NCBI RefSeq assembly: GCF_001194135.2
Contig: NC_068985.1
Coordinates: 117,941,146 to 117,990,819 of the forward strand
Direction: 5' to 3'
From: Octopus bimaculoides
Lineage: Eukaryota
Length of the DNA: 49,674 bases
Of the stretch, positions 25,836 to 38,300 are shown one piece after another. The first letter of the stretch is position 1; the number at the start of each line of letters is the position of its first letter. The notes below the pieces were generated by a model, which saw nothing but the letters and a program-made list of their open reading frames with translations, did not search any database and was not told the origin of the DNA. Made by a program: the position numbers and the translations under genes.

Positions 25836-28800
25836 TTAATGTCTGTTGTCCATGCTGGCATGGGTTGGACAGTTTGACCAGGGCTGGCCAGCTGGAAGGC
25901 TGAACCAGACTCCAGTCTGGTTTGGCATGGTTTCTACGGCTGGATGCCCTTCCTAATGCCAACCATTCTGAGAAGTGTAATGGGTGCTTTTACATGCCAA
26001 TGGCATGGGTGCCATTTGTGTGACACCAATATCTGCCACGACTGTGGTTTCACTTGGTTTGATGGGTCTTCTTCTCAAGCACAGCACAATGCCAAATGGA
26101 CCCGGTTTTTGCCTCTGTGGACTAAATGTTCTACCTGTTCTATGTTCAAACTGGCCAGATCTGGCCTCTCACACCTACCTAACAATGTCATTCAAAAATA
26201 AACAATCACATCATTGAAATCTTGAAGGCACAAGATAATGCATGTGAATAATGCATGTGAATAATGCATGTGAATAATGCATTGTGAATAAACAGGCATT
26301 ATATTTGACAGTGATCTGTACACTAAAGGACTAAGGTTGTTTCTTACAGACTAGATTTTTGGTAGCCCCTGTAGCTGAGGGGCAGGTCCTGTTATCTCTC
26401 CCCCACCAGTGCACACTTTTTTTTTCCATATTCGTTTACTAAACGTTGTCTTACACCTATTACACTAATGTCTTTTCGTTTTTGTGACTGGGTGTCGAAG
26501 TGGGGTTACTGGATCGTGTGAATTATCCAAGTCTGCACCCCACCCACCACCTGTCATAAAAATTGGAAAAAAAAAAATAGTGTACTAGGTGTAAAATAAT
26601 GTGTAGTAAACGAATATGAAGAAAAGAATTTTGCTAACAGTCGGGGAAATGATGAGAGGACTCGGAACATTCCCAATGTGAATTTTCCAAGTCCTCTCCA
26701 CTGCACCTCGTTCACTAGCGTGCATTTTTTTCATATTAGTTTACTACACCTATTGCGCTATTTTTTTTTTTTTGCTCAGGTCAAACACTTTAGTTTGACC
26801 ACATTTTGTCCTGAGTGCTAACAATTCTGCCAGCTTGTCATCTTCAATGCCATTAAATATTATCATTAAATAATGTAATTAAATAACACCATTGATAACA
26901 TCATTAAGTAATGTCATTAAATAATGCTGCTAAATAATACCATTAAACAATATCATTAGAAAAAACTGTTAAATAAGATCATTAAATAAGTTCATTAAAT
27001 AATGCCATTAAATAGCATCAACTTACCGGAATGGTCTTCAAATCTGTTTCCAGTTTATTTTCCAGAGGAAATGATATATCCTGCATCAGACTTTTCATCT
27101 ACAATAAAACAACAACATATGAAACAGACACAATTTTTGTTTTCTTGAGAGAAAGTGGAGAAGAGAGAGCAGGAGAGAGAACAGTAGATGTTTTCTCATG
27201 GCCTCGAAGACAGGTAGGCCAAAAAGCAGGAGTTCTTCTGTAATTAAACACCTGGCGTAAATATTTCTAACAGAGTGGACTCTACTCAAGCACCTGGTGG
27301 TGGTGTTAAAGTGGGTAACAACTGAGTTGACTTGTTAAAAGGTACCCAAGGACCAGATGATGGTTTTAAGCTGAGTGAAAAGAAGCCTGTTGTGGTGCAA
27401 GGACCAGATGATGGTCTTAAGCTGAGTGAAAAGAAGCCTGTTGTGGTTACAGAATAGGGCTCACAATCATGAGATAGTGAGTTCGATTCCCAGACCGGGC
27501 TGTGTGTTGTTTTCTTGAGCAAGATACTTTATTTCACGTTGTTCCAGTTCACTCAGCTGTAGAAACGAGTTGTGACATCACTGGTGCCAAGCTGTATCAG
27601 CCTTTGCTTTTCTCTTGGATACCAGTGGTAACATGGAGAGAGGAGGCTGGTGTGCATGGGCGACCACTTATCTTCCATAAACAACCTTGCCTGGACTTGT
27701 GCCTCAGAGGGGAACTTTCTAGGTGCAATCCTGTAGTCATTCATGACCAAAGGAGGTCTTTCTACTTAGGTTATATTCTGTTACAAATGCAGCAGAGTAC
27801 AGTATAAAACTCATACACCTTCAGATTTCATCCAGTGCTATCCAGCAGCAGAATTGTATGTACTGCCAGATTTGCACTGGAGCTTCTGTAGTGTGTGAGT
27901 GAATAATTGAATAAGTTGGAGTCAACAAGAAGTACAGAGGAAAATTTATTTGTAATCACTACAATTGTTTCCATGCAACGTTTGCAGGTCTTATTTGATG
28001 TAATTGACTTTCTCAACCCCTGCATTATGAGAACTAGTTGTGTTTCCTCAGGTGATATATAAATATTGTTTCCATAAACTGAAATTCATGGCTTCAGGCA
28101 ATCCTTTCTGTCTGTCATGGCGAGCGATGTAGTAGTACCGACTCAGTCTGTGCATGTGTGTGTATGTACACACATACACACACACATATATATACATAAA
28201 TTATTAAGGTGGTTATTTGCAATTTAGAACTGATAGGCAATAAGTACAGTTGTCACTAAAGTGAGAGAGTGTGCTAGTAAGTAAAGCGTTCTAACATGGC
28301 TAAGAGTTGTTTTGACTCTTATTTCTAGCAATGCTGGTGCTTACTAACATCCTCCATCACTTAAGAGACAACTGCGCGCGCGTGTGTGTGTGTGTTTGCG
28401 TTTCCTTGCTTTGGCATTGCATGATTGCTGTAAAAGAATGTCACTGTCATACAAGCAGTATCATTGGTCGTGGGAGAAATATGGGAGAAAGATGCAGGTT
28501 GGAGACAGGAAGGGCATCCAGCCATACAAAATCTGCCTTGTTAAACTCCATCCAACCATGGAAAAGTGGATGTTAAAACAATGATGATGATAATGATTCT
28601 TAGTTAAATACCTGCTGCTCAGTGGCAGGGAATATAACAAAAATGGAGACTTACTTTCTCTTCAGTTTGTATTTCAAGTTGTTTGTAAATCTGGGAAATA
28701 TCATTGAGTGCTGCACCTATAGAAGATAGAGAAAACAAGGTCAGAAATCGAACACACAAGAAAAGAAACAACCAGCACCACCAAAGTCGAATTTGCCTTT

Positions 28801-30410
28801 CAGTCTTCCAGGGTTGATAAAATAAATGCCAGTTGAGCCCTGGCATTGATTTAACCCTTCTCCTGAACTTGCTGGCTTTGTGCCAAAATTTGTAACCAAT
28901 ATTATTACTATTGGGTTGTCCGGAAAGTTTGTGCCGATTTTCCAAAAGGTTCTTTTCATTCAAATCATGTGGTACCCAAACATCGTAGCGATTTATCTAC
29001 CCAAGCTTTACCAGGTGCTCATGAACGACGGATTTTTATAGGTTGAGGCTTTCTGCCAATTCTCGGGTTGTACAATGTGGGTTATTCTCAATTAATGACT
29101 TAATTTGGTCATCATCTGTAGTGGATGGTCTGCCTGATCGCTCTTTTTCAAGAAGGCTACAATCTCCAGCTCGGAACCTTGCAAACCACTTCCATACAGT
29201 TCTTTCGGTAAAGAAACATCACAGTAAACTGCACATATTTCTTTGGTTGCTTGTGAGGCATTTTTCCCTTTACGGAAAAAGAAAAGCATCAAATGCTGAA
29301 AATGAACTTTCTTATCTTCCATTTTAAAGGGTTACAGAATTAACACAGGTTATAGGAACATAAACCTTCTTCCACGAAAAGATAGCTTAAACTGTGCTCT
29401 AAATGGAGGTGTAGTCAAATCCTATTTTATGGACTCAACCATGTTCTAAAATAAGTCGAAAAGTAAGCTACTATAAATTGGCACGAAGTTTCAGGACAAC
29501 CCAATATTATNNNNNNNNNNNNNNNNNNNNNNNNNNNNNNNNNNNNNNNNNNNNNNNNNNNNNNNNNNNNNNNNNNNNNNNNNNNNNNNNNNNNNNNNNN
29601 NNNNNNNNNNNNNNNNNNNNNNNNNNNNNNNNNNNNNNNNNNNNNNNNNNNNNNNNNNNNNNNNNNNNNNNNNNNNNNNNNNNNNNNNNNNNNNNNNNNN
29701 NNNNNNNNNNNNNNNNNNNNNNNNNNNNNNNNNNNNNNNNNNNNNNNNNNNNNNNNNNNNNNNNNNNNNNNNNNNNNNNNNNNNNNNNNNNNNNNNNNNN
29801 NNNNNNNNNNNNNNNNNNNNNNNNNNNNNNNNNNNNNNNNNNNNNNNNNNNNNNNNNNNNNNNNNNNNNNNNNNNNNNNNNNNNNNTCCTGGTGTCATTT
29901 TCAAATAGGTTTCAGTACCTTTTTTCTATCATTCCTAGAGATCCTACAATCACTGGTACGGTAGCCGCCTTGAGGTGCCACATTTTTTCAATTTCTATTA
30001 GCAAGTCTTTATATTTACTGATCTTGTCAAATTCTTTCACCGTTATATTATGATCACAGGGAATACTCATGTCAATTAATAAACACGTCTTCTTTGTCTG
30101 GTCTTTTATAATAATATCCAGTTTATTAGCTTTTATAGCCTTGTCAGTATGTACGGGGAAGTCCCAGAGAATCGATACATTTTCTCCCTCAGTCACAGCT
30201 TCAGGATGGTGTTTATACCATTTGTCAGCGGTTTTTATTATTATTATTACTATTATTATTATTATTATTATTATTATTCTGCCAAAGTCAACTTCATCTT
30301 TTCATCCTTTCAGGGTTGATAGAATAAGTACCAGAGAAACACTGGGGTCAATGTAATTGATTTGTCCCCTCCCCACAAAATTTCAGGCCATGCGCCTTTA
30401 GTAGAAAGGA

Positions 30411-30444
<34 letters not shown>

Positions 30445-30740
30445 CATCATCATCATCATCATCATCAAGGTGGCAAGCTGGCAGAATCATTAACATGACA
30501 GGCAAAACTCCAAGCAGCATTTCGTCTGTCACTACATTCTGAGTTCAAATTCCGCCAAGGTCAACTTTGCCTTCCATCCTTTCAGGATCAATAAAATAAG
30601 TATCTGCTACACCCACCCTTCTCCCGAAATTACTGGCCTTGTGCCAAAATTTGAAATTATTATTATTATTATTATTATTATCATTATTACTGTCAAACTT
30701 CAATCATCCTGCAATTTCAGGCTTTGTGCCTATAGTAGAA

Positions 30741-30780
<40 letters not shown>

Positions 30781-31601
30781 GGAGGAGGAGGAGTAGGAGG
30801 AGGAGGAGGAGATAAGACAATAAAGAAATAGTCGAACAACCTTGCTTCCTTCAAAAAGTTTTAATAAAATAAAAATGCACAAATCCCCAATTGGCCCCAG
30901 ATTATAACTACATACACTAAACTAATCCTGCTGAACCATATTTGCTCCCCAAACTTGGTCCTTAAAAAAACAACTTCCAGAAAGCACAGACATGAATGTG
31001 AGGAATAAAAAAATAAACTATGAAAAAGACTATTCTCCAAACACAATGGTGGGGGTGATGGAGGGGATGTTGGTGTTGGTGATGTTGATGGGTAGGGGAT
31101 TTGATGATTGGGGTGGTAATGACAGGGGTAATGGCCCTGAAAGTGGTAGTTGTGCTGGTAGGGGTTGTGGGTAGAAGAGGCTGTGGTAAGGCTGAAGCAG
31201 TGGTGGTGGGGAGAAGCAGACAGGGATTATCTGACTTTATTCTGAAGGTTGGGTAAATAGGATGACAGGTTTAGAGTTTTGGGTGGGATGCAGGTAGTAG
31301 GAAAAGGGAGGGTGTGAGAGAAAAAGAGAGAGAGAAAAAGAGAGAGAGAAAGAGATGGAAGAAGAGGGAGAGGGAGAAAGAGAGAGAGAGAGAGAGAAGA
31401 GAAATGGGGGAGAGAGGAGAAAGAAAGAAATGGAAAGAGAAAAACAGAGAGAGAGAGAGAGAGAGAGAAAGAGAGGGGGAGAGAGGAGAGAAATGGGGGA
31501 GAGAGAGAGAGAGGAGAGAAATGAGGGAGAGAGAGAGAGGAGAGAAATGGGGAGAGAAAGGAGAGAAATGGGAGAGAGAGAGGAGAGAAATGAGGGAGGG
31601 A

Positions 31602-31636
<35 letters not shown>

Positions 31637-32931
31637 AAGAAAGAACTGGAAAGAGAGAAAATAAGGAGAAAATGTAAGATAGAAAGGCAAGTTAAATAGA
31701 GAGAGAGAGAGAAAGAGAAAGGAGACAAGGAGAGAAAAATTGTGAAGTAGAGAAAGAAAGAGAGGGGATAAAGAGAGACAGACAGAGACAGACACACAGA
31801 TATAGATATACAGATAGATGGAGGAGAGAAAAACAGAAAGGAGAAAAGAGAGAATAAAAGAAAGAGAAAAGTAGGAGAAAATAGAAGGTAAAAAGGAAAA
31901 GAGAAAAAGAAATACATCACAATATAGGGAATAGGAGAAGGAGGAGAGAAGACAGACAGACAGACAGAGAAAGAGAACTCATGCAATTGATGCAAGCATA
32001 GAAAAACAGATGTGCTGTTGATGATGGTGATGATTTGTGCACACATGAAGCAGTTAGGATCAAAATAGGCGCAGGAGTGGCTGTGTGGTAAGCAGCTTGC
32101 TTACCAACCATATGGTTCCAGGTTCAGTCTCACTGAGTGGCACCTTGGGCAAGTAGTCTTCTACTATAGCCTCGGGCCGACCAAAGCCTTGTGAGTGGAT
32201 TTGGTGGACGGAAACTGAAAGAAGCTCGTCGTATATATGTATATATATATATATATATATTTATATATGTGTGTATATATATATATGTCTGTGTTTGTCC
32301 CCCCCAACATCGCTTGACAACCGATGCTGGTGTGTTTACATCCCCATAACTTAGCGGTTCAGCAAAAGAGACCGAAAGAATAAGTACTAGGCTTACAAAG
32401 AATAAGTCCTGGGGTCGATTTGCTCGACTAAAGGCGGTGCTCCAGCATGGCCACAGTCAAATTGTTGAAACAAGTAAAAGAGTAAAAGAGTTTATTTTTA
32501 GCATGTTACTCTGCACTAAAATATGAAAGGAATATGCTATGGAATTTTGTTGTCATGGAGGGAAAATTGTCTCCTTGTAGAATTTGTCTAAAAACACATT
32601 AAGCCAAGCTTCAAGTGACATCAGCAGACTACCAAACACATTGTTTCAATGAGGTTTCACCTCTTCAGTGATAGGTATTGCTTTGGTCACTTGGAGCAAG
32701 ACCAGAACTTCTGTTCCTGTATTACATACAAACAATAATTTAGTTTAAGTTTTCAGACTAAAACAGTAATTTAATAACATTCATTATAATTTAATAGCAT
32801 TCATTTGTGAAATTAATGATTCATTAGAATAGCTGTCTGCATACTATACTTAATGTATATACATCAGTGTAAACATGATATGTGGTTTTCACCTGTGAGA
32901 AAATCTCTTCATGGACGCGGGTATAAAAAAC

Positions 32932-32962
<31 letters not shown>

Positions 32963-34194
32963 CGTGCATATTACAAGGCAATCATCATCCCAGCAATAAC
33001 TCACAAAAATATCAGATGTGTTTTGGCCTTCTTGAGCCTTGTCAATGACATCTACCTGATCATCAAATGCCAAAACAAAATTTGTCACCACAAAATTTGC
33101 TCACAGTAAGCTTTATTGCAGAAAGCTTGCTGAGTTGAAATAAATTTGGTATACACAACTATAGCAGCATTGAAATAAAATAGTCTTCTGTGTACCATAC
33201 TTAATGTATATATGCCACTAAAATACAGTATGCTGTGACTTTTGTTGAGGGAAAATCTCTTCATTGACATGCCGTGTTAAAAACACACTGTACATTGGTG
33301 AGATGTTACCATCAACCCATACTTAATGTAAATACACTATTGAATGGCATGATGCATGCTAATGTTTCTGCCAGCTCACCACCTTACATAATAATATCAA
33401 TTAGCATTCTATATTCATGAGATGTGTTGGAATGAGCATTTCTTGTGTGTCATAAAATGTGACTAAAAGAGAATGAGGTAGGATTTGCATTCCCACCTCA
33501 TAAAACCCTTGTCGGTAATGACTAGCTAAACAGACCCATCAAATTCTCTCCTCTGGGGAAGTACCTCAACTACCTATAAGGCATGTTGCATAAAGTGGTT
33601 TAGGCAAAGTTGTTAGGACTCCCATCTGCCAAATTAGGAAAAACCTGGAGGACAGATTGGGTTGGTGGGTTGTCACCGGAGTGGTGCAAAGGTGTTGGCT
33701 CCTCTCTAACAACACACACAAACAATACATTCCACATTCATTTCACTTCTACTGACATACAAACACATACATACACAATGAGTCCCATTTATATTTCATT
33801 TCTACAAACGCACAAAGATACACATATATACACACAATACATACCTCCTGTATGAATTTTTTCTATACCTATGCACACACACAATAGATCTTACATTCAT
33901 TTTTTCTCTACTTACACATGCACACATATACATGTACATATATGTATATACAAGCATGCACACACACAAACACAATACATCCCTCATGGATTTCTTATCT
34001 ACAAACACATACACACATGCATACATACAAGCACACACACACTCATACATTCACACATATATATACATACAAGCACACACACACGCACACACACAATATA
34101 TCCCTCATTTCATTTCTTCTCAACTAACAGACTGTATCCTGCATATATTTCTTCTGTACCAACTTTCTCTCTCTCTCTCTCTCTCACTCACTCA

Positions 34195-34233
<39 letters not shown>

Positions 34234-35255
34234 ACACACACACACACAAGGTCAGTGTAACATAGAAACACTAAACAAACATACACTCACACATGTATAC
34301 GGTAGATATCACACATACAAACACAGAGTATATATATCACACATACACATATATACACACACACACACACACATTGTAGATATCAGACAGACATATACAC
34401 ACGTTTACTGTAGACATCATACGCATGCAACACACACACACACACTGTACATATCACACATATACATACACACATATAGGATATGACACACACACACACA
34501 AACGTATACCATATATATCACACACATGCACATATGCATACTATAGATATCCAACACACACTGCAGATATCATCCACATATATACTATAGATATTGTGCA
34601 TACACACACATATTCACATGTATGCTGTAGCTACTGCATACACACATACAAAGTAGATATGAAACACACACACACACACACAAATACTGCCAATATCATA
34701 GACATGCTTGTAAAATCTATGTATATACTTTGTCATATTTAATCCTTTAGCATTCAGATAACTCCATCAAATTTAATACTCATTCATTCACATTGTTTTA
34801 AATTTACCGTTCATTATCTCATAGCTTCAACATTTTGATGATATTATTGTTTATTTTTAAAATGACATTGTTGGGTAGGTGTGAGAGGCCAGATCTGACT
34901 TGTTTGAACATAAAACAGGCAGACTATTCGGGCTAGATGTGGTTGGTGTAATCATCCCTTAGAATTCAGATTGCTCAATCAAATGTAATGCTTAATTATT
35001 AACATTATTTTGAATCAATTACACATTATCTTATAGCTTCAAGAGTACAATGATGTACTCTTTTACGTGTTTCAGTCATTTGACGGTGGCCATGCTGGAG
35101 CACCGACTTTAGTCGAACAAATCAACCCCAGGACTTATTCTTTGTAAGCCTAGTACTTATTCTATTGGTCTCTTTTGCTGAACTGCTAAGTTACGGCGAC
35201 GTAAACACACCACCATCGGTTGACAAGTGATGTCAGGGTGACAAACACAGACACA

Positions 35256-35304
<49 letters not shown>

Positions 35305-38300
35305 GATGGGCTTCTTTCAGTTTCTGTCTACCAAATCCACTCACAAAGCTTTGGTCAGCCCGAGGCTATAGTAGAAGACACTTGCCCAAGGTGCCACGTT
35401 GCGGGAATGAACCCAGAACTATGTGGTTGGTAAGCAAGCTATTTACCACACAGCCAATCCTGTGCCTATAATGTGATTGTTTGTTTTTTGAATGACATTG
35501 CAGGATACATGTGAGAAACCTTATTTTGTTTTCATGGCTGGGTTCCAACCCAGGCTACAGCAACAAAGACTACCCACCACACTTCTCGGTCAAACATCAC
35601 TGCCTCAAGGTCCTGGATACATTTCAGGCCAGTGTTTGTGATCAAGTTGTCAATGTGTCGTGACATTTTCCATGAAGTGGGTTCCACAAGTTTAATTCAG
35701 ACACTTCCAGATCAGGGTGGCACATGCAGTGTCCAGATAGTAGCAGCCATCTTTGCCTGATCTTTTTGCTAACTTTTGGCAGGTCTTCATAAAGGCATTC
35801 ATTTGTCATATTTTGCTGCCATTTCACATTTAGGACCATTCGTAACATCTTTGTGTAGCATCCATTTAGCCTGTTTGATAATTTTTCAGTAAGTGTCCAT
35901 GTTTCAATACCATATAATAGCACTGATTCAACAGTTGCAATGAACAGCTTGATTTTAATTCATCTGGGTAATTTAGAGAGGCTTAATCTATCTGGTCTGA
36001 ACATAAAACAAGTAGAATGTTTGGGCCAGATATGGCCAGTTTAAATACTAAAGAGGAGATAAGCCAATAAAACCCAATGTATCTGTAAAGAGACATAAAT
36101 TTAGTAAAATCAAGCTGTGCCCCATAAAAACCTTCCTCAAAGTCCAACACTTGACCACCATCATGGTGGGAAGGTTAAACTAGTGTGTGTCAGAGCTATG
36201 CTTATTGGGGACTTCGAGTCCCTAGTAGGATCACCCAAGGCAAACAGGTCTGATACTAGCAGTGCTGGAACCACAACTCAGCTAACTGGAGGACAATGGT
36301 GTAATCCAGGCAGCATTTGTTCCAGAATCTGGCGGCTTCTTGGAGGCATTGGATCACATCTGCAGGTATCCTGCAGCAAGAGGGCATAACACATGGATGA
36401 CCTGCCACAGGTCATGTACGGTAGCTTACAAATACAGACAGGAACTGTTTGTGCGAACTCTGATCATCCCTTGAAATTCCTATGAACTCACACGTGAACT
36501 CAAATGGAGCTGGCTTAACCCCTCCTGAGTAAATGCCATTGTGAGACAAGACAAGAGCCCCATGCAAAGCAGTGACCCTGTATGGTTTCAATCCAATAGA
36601 TTAAACCAGTGGTTCTAAACTAGGGTCTATATAGCCTTTGGGGGTCCATATAAGATTTAGTAGGTAAAATTTATCTCCTATATATTGGTTATATTTCTAC
36701 AATACGCAAAATATTTTAATAATAATAATAATAATAATCTTAACAATAATAATAATCATTTAATGTCTGTTTTCCATGCTGGTATGAGTTGAAAGGTTTG
36801 ACTGAAAACTGATACTCCAGGGAGCTGCACCATGTTCCAATCTGATCTGACATGTTTCTACAGCTGGATGCCCTTCCTAACACCAACCACTCCAAGAGTG
36901 TAGTGGGTGCCAATTATGAAACACCGGCATCAGCCATGACTACGGTCTCACTTGGCATCTCAAGCATGGTATATTGCCAAAGGTCTTAGTCACTTGTCAC
37001 TGCCTCCATGGGGCCCAAAGTTTGAAGGGTGCCTTTTATGTGCCACCAGCCACCAGCATGGGTGCCAGTTACACGTCACTGGCATCAGCCACAACTATGA
37101 TTTCACTTGGCTTATTTTTATATAATTCCTAATAGTAGTTAACCCATTACCTCCCATAATTCTATAAAATGGAATTTTTTTATGAAACTTTGATTTCTAG
37201 CATAAAACAGCCTTAGAAACAATCTGGAATGATCAAAATAACATTTTAAATAGAAATAAGCAAGATATTGGGTGAAAAATTAGCAAACCTCATTTGAATA
37301 TCAGAGAAATATACCTAGTAGATATAGCAAAAAGGTTAGATATGTGTAAATATTGACAGATAATTATGAAATGTGTAATTTTTAAGTGATCTCATATGAG
37401 ATCACTGGTAGGTAATGGGTTAACTATAAAAATACAACAGGATTTTTTTAAGATTGAATGATTAGGTGGGTCCATTTGAGCAAAATAGGAACCAAAGATA
37501 AAAAATGGTTGAAAAACACTGGATTAAACCAATAGAAGAATACAAGAATGCAAACAATAAAATTTACTATACCAATATTTTGTGTGGGTCCCGTAGATCT
37601 ATTTATAGCAGTTTGACCTATCTTCACCAAGGTTTCAGAATAGGACCGAGCAGCGGTCGAAACATCTGTCAAAGAAAAAACAATACAGAAATACAGAACT
37701 GAAAACCATAAATATTTAAAGGCTTCATCATAATTTTATCATGTGTATGTATTACATACGTACATTAGAGATACAACATTTAAAATTTTTTTCCTCAAAA
37801 AACAATTTCCTGTATCGTATTTAGATGTACTTTTATGCATAAGTAACTAAAGGGAACTCACTTTCAAGCAATTTTTAAAAAAAGTTAACCACTGAATCTA
37901 TGTTTGTATTCTTAAACAAAACTTGTTTGAATATGGGCAAGGTTGCATAACCCTCTTGGCTTTCAATAAAATCTTAGCATTTATAAGACATCAATGGTGA
38001 TTAGACTGTATTGCTGAGTCATCATGCTTAGTCATGAAGCAAATGATTAAGTTTTTCTTTCACTTTCACCCTTATTGTTTTGGTTTCAGTGTGAGTTCTG
38101 CATGACTGCTAGCAGTATCTCATTTAAGAATAATTAGGAGACTTACTTACATGAAAGTCACTACATATATATACCCACTAGAAACTATAAAATCATATAT
38201 ATAATAGCACCTGTATCATCATCATCATCATCATCATTTAACGTCTGCTTTCCATGCTGGTATGGGTTGGATGATTTGACTGAGGACTGGCGAACCATAT

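Noticed and set aside
32960-33091. ORF containing DIFVSYCW, reminiscent of a TIR-domain start
   Set aside because: Only 8 residues; the frame runs into (CA)n, the motif overlaps a gtgagt, and no further TIR boxes are present.
36608-36660. hAT-like terminus cagtggttctaaac...gggtcc
   Set aside because: No matching second end or TSD found; too short to call.
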